NCBI GenBank assembly: GCA_001600695.1
Contig: BCKQ01000004.1
Coordinates: 291,413 to 355,412, forward strand
Direction of reading: 5' to 3'
Source of the DNA: Ascoidea asiatica JCM 7603
Taxonomy: Eukaryota > Fungi > Ascomycota
DNA length: 64,000 nucleotides
Part shown: in pieces, positions 1-9,171 of the stretch
How positions within the stretch are numbered: the first letter of the stretch is position 1
Layout of the letters: every line of letters begins with the position of its first letter
The notes under the pieces: generated by a model
The model's input: only the letters and a program-made list of their open reading frames with translations
The model's database searches: none
What the model was told of the DNA's origin: nothing
Made by a program: the position numbers and the translations under genes

Positions 1-1
1 A

Positions 2-178
2 TATTTTACAAAATTTATCAAAGAACAACATAAAATAACTTTAGATGAAAATGAATATGATATAAGAAAAGATGAATTAAAAAAATGGAAAGAATTTGGG
101 ATTATGAGACATGATCCATGGTATATTCAACATACAAAAGAATTAATTGAAGAATTTTATAATGCTGCTAAATTATAA
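2..178 (+). CDS. 3' end of a gene entering from the left; unknown protein with C-terminal PTS1 (-AKL)
   Basis: Open frame from nt 2 reads YFTKFIKEQHK...WKEFGIMRHDPWYIQHTKELIEEFYNAAKL with TAA at 176-178, followed by a T-rich 3' region. Confidence 0.7.
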   Translation, partial: YFTKFIKEQHKITLDENEYDIRKDELKKWKEFGIMRHDPWYIQHTKELIEEFYNAAKL

Positions 179-670
179 TCAAACTACTCACTTCTCTTTT
201 TTTTTATTTTTTCTTTTTTATTTTTTCTTTTTTCTGTCTTTTGATGTTTCTTTTCTGTTAACCAGACTATTCATTTCTTTTGTTATATGCTATTATTAAT
301 CTTTTTATCGTTTGTTATAAAAATTTAGATTCTAAACTTGTTAATATTTAATTCTTTAATTTTTTTTTTGATTTTTTTATTGTTTCAGTTGTTTTGTGTC
401 ATTTTCTTTTTTTTATTTTGGTACATACTTTTGTATTGCATTATTGATATTGGAATAAAATAAAAAAGTTCCAAATGATATCAAATTTATAGATAAAAAT
501 TGACATTTCGTTAATTTTGAAAGAGGTAATGTTTTTTAATAAATATTTAATAAAATTTTACTATTATTAATAAGACTAAAATTATATACATGATTGAAAG
601 TAACGATACAGGGTATATATAAAAAAGAGAAATTGAATTGAATATAAATGTATTGAATTTTTGATGAAAA

Positions 671-1027
671 TTAATTAGATTTTGAATTATAAGTACCATT
701 TAAAGGTATAGCAGAAGCATTATTATTTTCAATTTCTTTTTCAATTCTTGCTTTCTTAATATCATAAAATCTTTTTTCTTTAAAATATTTTACCCAACTT
801 TTTGCACAATCTTTTTCAAATTGAGTAATTTGTGAAGAGCATGTATCCTTTATTAATTTTTGAACTTTTGGATTTGGATCAATTGCATTTTCAATATTTA
901 TTTTATCTAAACAGGCAAAATATTTATCACGACTTTCCCAACAGTTCTTCCTTGAAGCTCTTAAAGGTAATGTATTTGTAGGAGTTGATTCTGAATTTGA
1001 AGAATTGAACCAAGAGAATATTCCCAT
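671..1027 (-). CDS. COA6: Cytochrome c oxidase assembly factor Coa6 (COX6B-like, Cx9C...Cx10C)
   Basis: MGIFSW N-terminus, RKNCWESRDKYFACLDK and CAKSWVKYFKEKR match the Coa6 family. Confidence 0.92.
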   Translation of the reverse strand: MGIFSWFNSSNSESTPTNTLPLRASRKNCWESRDKYFACLDKINIENAIDPNPKVQKLIKDTCSSQITQFEKDCAKSWVKYFKEKRFYDIKKARIEKEIENNNASAIPLNGTYNSKSN

Positions 1028-1816
1028 TTTTGAAAAGTAAATATTTGATTGTTTGATATTTCAGAAAAATAGTTTTTAGATAATAAAAAGGTTTGCTTAA
1101 TGAATGTTCAGTAAATGATTAATAAGAGTGATTTGAATGAGTTTCTTTTTCTTCTTCTTCTTCTTATTCTTCTTCTTCTGTTTCTGCTTCTTTTATATTC
1201 AAATGCCAATTTCCATTCTAATGAGGCTAATGGAAACCTCAGAAAGAACCCATCAGACTGGTTTTAAGAAAAGTACATGGATATAAATCCATGCCCGGAA
1301 AGTATGTCCGCATTACGTAATCAAGTTATGTATGTACTTCAAAGTTATCTGATGTATCCAACTGTATTCTGCTGTTTTTTTAATTTTCACAAATGCGGAT
1401 CCTATGTTAGTCGGTTATAGCCAGACGATACCCGACTCACTTAACGTTAGGAAATTTCACCTGTTTCCTTTGGTGAAATATTCATCGTAGAGAGTGTGAC
1501 TAAATCTGAGCATTTTCAAATAACCAACTCATTCGACTAAGAGCTCAGAACTATTATCCTTTTCATATTCATTGGATATATTGTTGAACTGGAAGTTGAT
1601 ATTATTCTCTTTAATTTGATTTGGTTCTTCACCTTTTTTCTTTTTTCTTTATTCAAAAATAGTCGTTAATCAAAGTTAAGATAACAGAATCTCCGAAAAG
1701 AAAAAAAAAAAAAGAAAAGAAATTTTTGAGACTAACAATAGAAATCTACGATCTCTTTTATATTTCTCAATTGATTTAAAATAAAATCATTCAAGTGTTT
1801 TTCATCAGGTATAATT

Positions 1817-2601
1817 ATGACTTTACAAAATCCTATAATAAAGGGAATCATCTTTGATATGGATGGGACTCTTTGTATGCCTCAAACTTGGATGTTTGGT
1901 ATGTAGTTTCTTTTTTATTTTCTACATTTTTAATACTAAACATTTCTTATAGTGAAATATAATACTAATAAATTTTTTTTAGGTGCTATGAGAGAAGTAT
2001 TAGGAATAGAAAAAGGAATTGATATAATTCATCATTTAGAATCAATCTCAGATCCAGATTTAAAATTATTTAAAAATAATCAAATTTTAGATATTGAAAA
2101 AAAAGCAATGAATGAAATGCAACCAAGAGATGGTTTAAATCAATTAATGTTATATATTGATGAAAAAAATATTAAAAAATCAATATGTACAAGAAATAAT
2201 TTAAACCCAGTTTTATATTTAAATTCAAATTTCTTACCAAATATTGAATTTTTTCCAATAATTACAAGAGAATTTAATCCCCCAAAACCTTCTCCAAAAC
2301 CAATTTTACATATTTTATCAAATTGGAATTTAAATTCAAAAAATATAATCATGGTTGGTGATTCAATTGATGATATGAAAGCTGGAAAAAGTGCAGGTTG
2401 TATAACATTTTTAATAACAACTGATGCAAATCATCATTTAAAAACTGCAAAAGAAACTGATTTTGTCATTGACTCGTATGTATTTATTAGTTTATTTAAT
2501 CAATCTCTCACTCATTTATGTTTCAATACTAACTTCTTTTTTTTTATTTAAGTCTAACTGAATTACTCCAAATATTAAAACAATGGGATAATAATGCTTA
2601 A
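1817..2601 (+). CDS. HAD-superfamily hydrolase (YOR131C-like); exons 1817-1898, 1983-2475, 2553-2601
   Basis: Exon 1 encodes IIFDMDGTLC (HAD motif I). Intron 1899-1982 is GTATGT..TACTAAT..TAG and intron 2476-2552 is GTATGT..TACTAAC..AAG. Exon 2 has PKPSPKP and MVGDSIDD. The spliced product ends VIDSLTELLQILKQWDNNA*. The ORF track misses exons 1 and 3. Confidence 0.88.
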
Positions 2602-2656
2602 TATTTTTATAATTAGAATATATGTATACATTATAATTTATGAAATAATTTTTAAT

Positions 2657-3187
2657 TTAATCACATTTTTTAATAAATTCACCAGTTCTTCCACCATTTT
2701 TATAAATCAATTGAATATCAGAAATTATCATTCCTTTATCAACAGCTTTACACATATCATAAATTGTAAGAAGTCCAATATTCACTCCAGTTAATGCTTC
2801 CATTTCAACACCAGTTTTACCATCACAATTAACTTCGCATATTAATTTTATAGAGCCAAATTTACTAAAATTTTTTAAAATTTTAAATTCACTTTTAATT
2901 TTTGTTATTTGAATTGGATGACAAAGCGGTATTAATTCTGATGTCTTTTTAACACCCATAATACTAGCAATTCTTGAAATTGAAATTACATCACCTTTAG
3001 GATTAGACATTGAAAATATTGATTCAATTACTTCTTTTGTACTAAATGATATTATTCCAGTTGCTATTGCTTTTCTAGAACTTATAATTTTGTTATTAAT
3101 ATCGACCATATTTGCTTCACCATTTAAATTTAAATGAGAAAATTCAGAATATCTATTTTCATTTTTATTGTCATTACTATTATTCAT
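2657..3187 (-). CDS. MOCS1B: Cyclic pyranopterin monophosphate synthase, MoaC/MOCS1B (probably expressed as the C-terminal part of a spliced AB fusion)
   Basis: MoaC signatures SHL..GEANMVD, KGDV, LIPLCHP, KTGVEMEAL, TIYDMCKAVDK. Confidence 0.95.
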   Translation of the reverse strand: MNNSNDNKNENRYSEFSHLNLNGEANMVDINNKIISSRKAIATGIISFSTKEVIESIFSMSNPKGDVISISRIASIMGVKKTSELIPLCHPIQITKIKSEFKILKNFSKFGSIKLICEVNCDGKTGVEMEALTGVNIGLLTIYDMCKAVDKGMIISDIQLIYKNGGRTGEFIKKCD

Positions 3188-3222
3188 ACTTTTAGTAGAT
3201 GATAAAAATCTCCTTTTAAAAA

Positions 3223-3300
3223 CTAAAATTAGTTAGTATTTAGTAATTAAAGAAATATAGTTGAACGTATGAACAAAAAAAATTAAAAATAATCAACCAC
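3223..3300 (-). other. Putative alternatively spliced intron spanning the MoaA stop codon
   Basis: Perfect TACTAAC at 3238-3232 and TTTTAG ending at 3223. GT donors inside the Gly-Gly codons at 3300 or 3297 give 78 or 75 nt in-frame introns. Both donors are weak. Confidence 0.6.
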
Positions 3301-4384
3301 CAATTAATATCATTGGTCTATTTTTCATATTTTTTAAATCTTCAATATCTGCATGACTTTCTTTCTTATTTTTAACAGCATTATTTATAGCAATTAATAA
3401 TTTTTCTTCTTGATTTGATCTAATTAAATCTCTTAAATTTAATTCATTATTATCAAATAAACAAACTTTTAAATTTCCATCAGAAGTAATTCTTAATCTT
3501 GTACAAGTTGAACAGAAATGATCAGAAATTGAAGAAATAAAACCAAAAGTACCTTTAAAACCATTAATTTTGAAATTTTTTGAAGTATCACCATAATTTG
3601 AATCTAATTTAGAAATTTGATTTGGAAATTCTTTTAAAATTTTAGTATACATTTCATCTTTTGAAACAAATTTTTTCATTGAAAATTTATTACCATCAAA
3701 GGGCATAAATTCAATAAATCTAACTTGGATTTCATTTAATTTAGTTAAATTTATAAAATTAATGATTTCATCATCATTTAAATTTTTCATTATAACAACA
3801 TTAATTTTAATTTTTGGTATACCAAGATTAATAGCAGTATTTAAAGAAGAAATAACATTATTAAATCCTTTTCTTCTTGTAATAAATTCAAATTTTTCTT
3901 CAATTAAAGTATCAAGACTTAAATTCAAACCTGATAAACCATTTTCAAATAATTTTGGTAATTTTCTATTTAAAGTTATACCATTTGAAGTTAAACAAAT
4001 TTCTTTTAAATTATTATTTGAATTTTTTTTAAAATTATTTAATTTCTGAAAAATTTCAATAATATCTTTTCTTATAGTTGGTTCACCACCAGTTAATCTA
4101 ATTTTTGAAATACCATTTGAAATAAAAATTTTTGATAAATAAATTATTTCATCAGTTGTTAAAAGTTTTTCATTTGAAGATAAATTTATACCATTTTCAG
4201 GCATACAATACTTACATCTAAGATTACATCTTTCAGTTAATGAAATTCTAAGATAATTATGATTTCTACCAAAACTATCAGTTAAAAAATCAGTGAAAGG
4301 TTTCGCAGTTTTTATTGATTTCCATCTTGGATCTGTATTTGTTGAAATATTTCGAATTAAGAATTTTTTAATAACTGAATTCAT
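3293..4384 (-). CDS. MOCS1A: GTP 3',8-cyclase, MoaA/MOCS1A radical SAM enzyme with a likely mitochondrial presequence
   Basis: YLRISLTERCNLRCKYCMP (CxxxCxxC), LTGGEP, FCSTCTRLRITSDGNLKVC (Cx2Cx13C) and C-terminal MILIGG; N-terminus MNSVIKKFLIRNIST is basic with no acidic residues. Confidence 0.96.
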   Translation of the reverse strand: MNSVIKKFLIRNISTNTDPRWKSIKTAKPFTDFLTDSFGRNHNYLRISLTERCNLRCKYCMPENGINLSSNEKLLTTDEIIYLSKIFISNGISKIRLTGGEPTIRKDIIEIFQKLNNFKKNSNNNLKEICLTSNGITLNRKLPKLFENGLSGLNLSLDTLIEEKFEFITRRKGFNNVISSLNTAINLGIPKIKINVVIMKNLNDDEIINFINLTKLNEIQVRFIEFMPFDGNKFSMKKFVSKDEMYTKILKEFPNQISKLDSNYGDTSKNFKINGFKGTFGFISSISDHFCSTCTRLRITSDGNLKVCLFDNNELNLRDLIRSNQEEKLLIAINNAVKNKKESHADIEDLKNMKNRPMILIGG

Positions 4385-5247
4385 CTTTTATTGAACCTTT
4401 GAAAGAATATGATTATGGAAAGAATGAAAGATAATTATTCTATTTTAATTCATTGATAACTTATTTCTTCAATTTATAGAATAATGGAGCTTTCTTTATA
4501 GTTAAAATATAAAATATAAAAAATAAATCAAAGATAATGATTATCATAATATTTATTTACTGATGATTCAATCGATAGCAGATTTTGGACTGTAACAGGA
4601 AATTAACGTTGATTTATAATTTCTATCGGCGGACCGTGTATTCAGGCTCAAATACTTCTACAGTAACGGAACTGCGAGTATTAAGAAAAGAGGAAAAAAA
4701 TGCACTGAGAAGAAAACTGCATTGACAATAGATTTTAAAAATATGTCAAAAGAATGTCAAAAGATTATCTTAAATATATTACAGAAAATAGATTACGGAT
4801 TAGAAATTACAGATTACAATCATACGAGAAGATAAATTTCAAATATTAAAATAACTAAATTTGAAATGATAAAATTTAATAAAATTTAAGATATAAATAT
4901 TATATTATAAATTATTTATTAGAAAATCAAAATTAATTGAAGCAAAAAAGAACAAAATAGAACTTTGAAGATTTGTCCATAGATAAAATTTACAACTTTT
5001 TAAAATTATAAAAAATTATAGAGAATTAGAATAAGAATTAAAAATACAACTAATATACCAACTACAGAACAGAATGTATGAGATGATTAGGATGTTAAAT
5101 GAATAAAAATTGATTAATTTTTGATTATTTTTGTTTGAATAAATAAGGGTAATAATAATGGTAAAATGATAAAGGGAATAATTAAACTAGCAAGAAACGA
5201 TTTGACAAAAATTTAAATGATTTTAAAAAAAGATATTCTTAAAACAT

Positions 5248-5607
5248 TTAAATGAACATTAAACCGGCAACAGCTAAAGCACCAGATAAACCATAAGCTA
5301 ATTTGTTGGCACCATTAGCAGTAGCAACTTCTGGAGTAGTAGAGTTAGCAGAAGTAGAGGATTCTACTGCAACAGATGAAGTGGCAGTTAATGGACAGTA
5401 AGTAGTGTAAATAGTTTCTTCACCTTTAACAGTTTCAGTAACAGTAGTGACACCAGTGGTGACTGGAATTTCAGTACAGACAGAAACACCTGAACATGAA
5501 GTAATGGTGATAATAGTTGTAGAAATGTCAGAAACAGTGACATTAGCATAAGAAGCAGAAGCAGCAACGGCAGAAGCAGCGATTAATAAAACTTTTGAGA
5601 ATTGCAT
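5248..5607 (-). CDS. Small GPI-anchored cell wall protein (Ccw12/Pga59-like, flocculin type 3 repeat)
   Basis: Signal peptide MQFSKVLLIAA, TTIITITSC...TIYTTYCPL repeat, NGA omega site and hydrophobic tail. Confidence 0.88.
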   Translation of the reverse strand: MQFSKVLLIAASAVAASASYANVTVSDISTTIITITSCSGVSVCTEIPVTTGVTTVTETVKGEETIYTTYCPLTATSSVAVESSTSANSTTPEVATANGANKLAYGLSGALAVAGLMFI

Positions 5608-5868
5608 TTTGAAAATATTTGATTTGGTATTAAAAATTTGAAAATTGAAAAATTAACGAGATTAAAGCGAATGTACTAAGATATAACTTATTAAGATCTG
5701 AAGATAAAGAAATAAAAAGGAAGAAGAAGAAGAAAGAAAGAAAAGAGAAATAAATAATAAAAAAATAATATTGTGAAAACACGAAGATATTTATATTCTT
5801 TCTTAATGCTTGAAAAGATTTAAAAATCCCTGTGAGAAAAAAAAAAAAAAAAGCATTTTCAAACGTTT

Positions 5869-5886
5869 GAGTCTATATTTAGACTC
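5869..5886. promoter_or_regulatory. Rlm1/MEF2-type site CTATATTTAG within an extended palindrome
   Basis: GAGT-CTATATTTAG-ACTC about 270 bp upstream of the wall-protein ATG; fits CTAW4TAG. Confidence 0.5.
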
Positions 5887-7534
5887 CTGTAAAAGAAAGT
5901 TGATTTTAACTTCCTTTTTATTCAACTGGATTTCCGAATTAAGCCCACTTCATCCCATTTTTCTACGCTGGTCGTTCTGAGTTGGGAAGAATATCGCTAA
6001 TCTTAGCTTCCATTGCGAGGATATAATCTGTGTACATAAAAAAGCAGCGTTATAAAGCATAGGAAATGGGCTACTACGCATTTAGTTGCGCTCAATGCGT
6101 GTTGCTGGTTCTGAATACTCGGCGGACAGACGCATGTCCTGCAAAAAAGTAAGAGGCAATGCTTTTTAATTGGCTGCCGCGGAAGTCATTAATAAGAGCG
6201 GCCCATCTTTTGGTCTGCTCCGCCTTCTCCAACAACAACGGACGCGCCGTGATGGACGGCCTGTGAGCAGTATGACCGAATCAACATCTGACGCATTTTC
6301 CTCTCGAGTCACTTTCAAATATTTTGAACCTGCCGGTGGTCGGACGATGGCAAAAATAAGTCGAAAACGTGATAGAAAATGTCTAGTAATAACTTCGAAA
6401 AGAAAACAAGTGAGAGGCCTCGGAAACTTCCGAAAGAAGCAGTTACCTGAATCGATAAAAGAAAAACAAATAAAGATGTTACTCTGACTACTGAAATACA
6501 AACAAGAAATAAATTACGTAATCATCATTAGGAGTATTACCCTTTTCAAGATCTCAAAGGAGTAATTTTCTCAAGTCACAAACTTCAGAAATCAATTGTT
6601 TACATACTCAATACAATTTCAAGGAGTATTTCCAACAGCTAAAGCAGAAAGGAAAGACTATTTGCTTCTGTCGAATTTTTTATTATTGTAACAAATTACA
6701 CTTATCTAATGTAACTCTGATCTCATAAATTATGATTTGAGCAATGGTTTATAATTTTCCTGATCGGGGTTTAAAACCGGTTTTGTGGAATGACGTTTGA
6801 ATTATTTTGAATTATTCTGAGGTATTGGAAATTCAAGCTTTCTTGAATCACACTTCAATCAGTGATTTATTAGTTCTGTGATTCAAATAACACAAATCTG
6901 TAACAAGAAAATAGAAGAAAGATTATTGCAATTTCGGTTTTTCAATAGATAACGAAAATCAATCGATAATTGCTTTCAATAGTATTTAATAAATCAAAGA
7001 AAGTTTATCAGACCATTAAAACTGACATAAGGCTGTATGGTCAATTGATTTTTTTTTGAAAAAAAACTTCTAAAAGATTATCAAAGTAATATAATAAACT
7101 TATACTCAGAAATCGAGTTAAAACCACCTTTCTGGATTGAAAAGAAATAATAGGTAAGAAAGAGTAAACTTTTACAAAAAATTTATCAAATTTAGTAACA
7201 TAAACAGCTGATAACGTTACCTTTAAGTGATTCAATTTGGTGAAGTAAATTTGGCGGAATTGATTTTCCTATTCCCGGTTATCTGGTATCCGTACAAAAA
7301 TATCAAGTGCTTTCAACAGAAGTTATACCTCAAGCTTATTTCACTTTACTTTATCAAATAACATAAATTAATATTGCAGACACTTTATCTTGAAATATTT
7401 ACATTTTACTTCAAACCTACAAAATTCGGTACTTACAAAAGTTTTGAGTGAAATAATGAAAAAAAATCATAATTTGAAACGGATTGTACATTTATTGTTT
7501 TAAAACTATGATATAATTAAGTTGAAAATAATAT

Positions 7535-8577
7535 CTATGCTTTAGCTAAAGCTTTTTTATTAGCATATCTGTTTTGTTTTTTTAAAACCATAACCTGGAA
7601 TCTTTCAAAATCAGTTAATTCAGCACGTCTTTTTCTTTGAGCAATTTTTTTAGCCCATGATGTTGCTGCCCATTGTTTTAAAATATCTGCGGCTTGAAAT
7701 TTTTTTGCAACTGTAGCAGTTCTTGCACCTCTTGGTAATTTTTCAACAACTAATGTGGTTAAAACAACATTAGCTAATGATATAGATTGTCTTGGTACAC
7801 CACATGCTGGTCCATCAACTAAAACCTATTCGGAAAAAAAAAAGTTATTAAAAAAAATTGACAATAAGTTAGTATTTAAATTTTTTATCAACAAAAATGA
7901 AAAATCAGTGGTTCCAATATATAAGAGAAACTTTATGTTTGAAAATGAAATGAAAGATAGATTTGAAGATTTACTGATTTCAGAATATAATAGTTTATAA
8001 AAAAAAAACTAATTGAACACTATATTTTATCATTTTTTTTAAAAAATAATGTTTTATAGAATATTTTCTGATTACACTTTTCTTGAATTCAATCATACCA
8101 ATTTTTAGATTTTTATTTAACTCATTAATGAATCAATTATGAAATACAAATTCCAAGTAGACTAACTAAATCTTTTTAATTTTTTATGGTTGGTATACTA
8201 TTTTAACAAACTTTCAAATTTATGGAATAAATATTATTTATGTTTTATAATTTGGAATTGATTCTAAAAGTTGTTAAATCCTTTACTTGGATAATAGATT
8301 TTACTCTTCTGAATGTTTTATAATTTTGATTATTTTTCAATATCACCCTTATTAATTTTCTATTCCATTTTTGTTATATATCTTTAATGAACTTTATTCC
8401 CATTATTTCCTCTTATTTTTGATTCTTTTTTTTTTAGTTGATACATACACGTTTTTGATCAATGATTTCAACAACTGTTGCAAGTTTTCCTTTATATTGA
8501 CCTTTGTTGACTAAAACAACACGACCAACTTCTACAAGTCTCCATTTACTAGCTTTAACTGATGTTTCTGTTGACAT
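7535..8577 (-). CDS. RPL14: 60S ribosomal protein L14 (eL14); exons 8577-8449 and 7825-7535; 623-nt intron
   Basis: Exon 1 reads [23 protein letters not shown]...EIIDQKR. GTATGT at 8448, TACTAAC at 7874-7868 and TAG at 7826. Exon 2 reads VLVDGP...[15 protein letters not shown]...KA*. Absent from the ORF track. Confidence 0.96.
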
Positions 8578-8794
8578 TTTGATAATCTTTTGGATATTTT
8601 TCTTTTGCTATTTTCAATAATATTCTCTGTCACTTTAAATTTATCAATTTTGAATATATTATTACTTCAATAATTTCAATTTCATAAAGCTACTTTTTGC
8701 CAACACTCCAACAAGTCACGAGTCTTCAGAATCGATTTCAAAAAAAACAAAAATTATAATTTGAAAACTATCGCAATACTCTAAAAGAATACTT

Positions 8795-8876
8795 TAGCCC
8801 TAATCACATGATAGTTATTTGGAAAAACTACGCTTGTGCTAACAGTCACTTGTTTTTTTAAACCAAAAAGCCCTAA
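8795..8876. promoter_or_regulatory. Tbf1 and Cbf1-type elements in the RPL14 promoter
   Basis: TAGCCCTAA at 8795-8803 abuts ATCACATGA at 8803-8811; second AGCCCTAA at 8869-8876. Confidence 0.55.
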
Positions 8877-9171
8877 ATAAACTCCCGTGATGAAAATATT
8901 GTTTTTTTTATAACCTAATAACGTCAAACCTTTTATATTTTTGGTTCTCTAGACCTAAACCTTAATTGTTTTTTTGCGGGAACTTTGTTTTACATAACAA
9001 ATAAAGATTGAAGTAATCTAAATTTCGGCTAATTAAACTCTTTTTCGCAATATTACAAAGAATAAAAGGGTGTGAATAATCAAAAACTTCAGAAATTCTG
9101 TTTAGTTCATATTTTTGTTACTTGTATTCTTATTTTTTTTATGTTTTTTTAAAAAATTTATATTCTAAAAT

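Noticed and set aside
1730-1741. GACTAAC-AATAG as a further upstream intron of the HAD gene
   Set aside because: There is no clear donor, and an in-frame stop follows before ATG 1817; at most a 5' UTR intron
3188-3295. Stop-codon readthrough fusing MoaA and MoaC
   Set aside because: The ORFs share a frame, but a second in-frame stop (TAA inside TACTAAC) lies in the spacer; splicing explains the layout better
3455-3470. Better-looking GTTTGT donor inside MoaA for the 3223 acceptor
   Set aside because: It is phase 0, so it would be out of frame with MoaC and would remove an Fe-S cysteine
6166-6501. Overlapping 105-aa and 111-aa ORFs
   Set aside because: They lie in a GC-rich promoter island with atypical codon use and no recognisable domain
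7755-8000. 81-aa plus-strand ORF
   Set aside because: It is antisense to RPL14 exon 2 and its intron
8803-8900. Point centromere starting at CDEI-like ATCACATG
   Set aside because: No very AT-rich CDEII and no CDEIII CCGAA; it fits a promoter Cbf1 site
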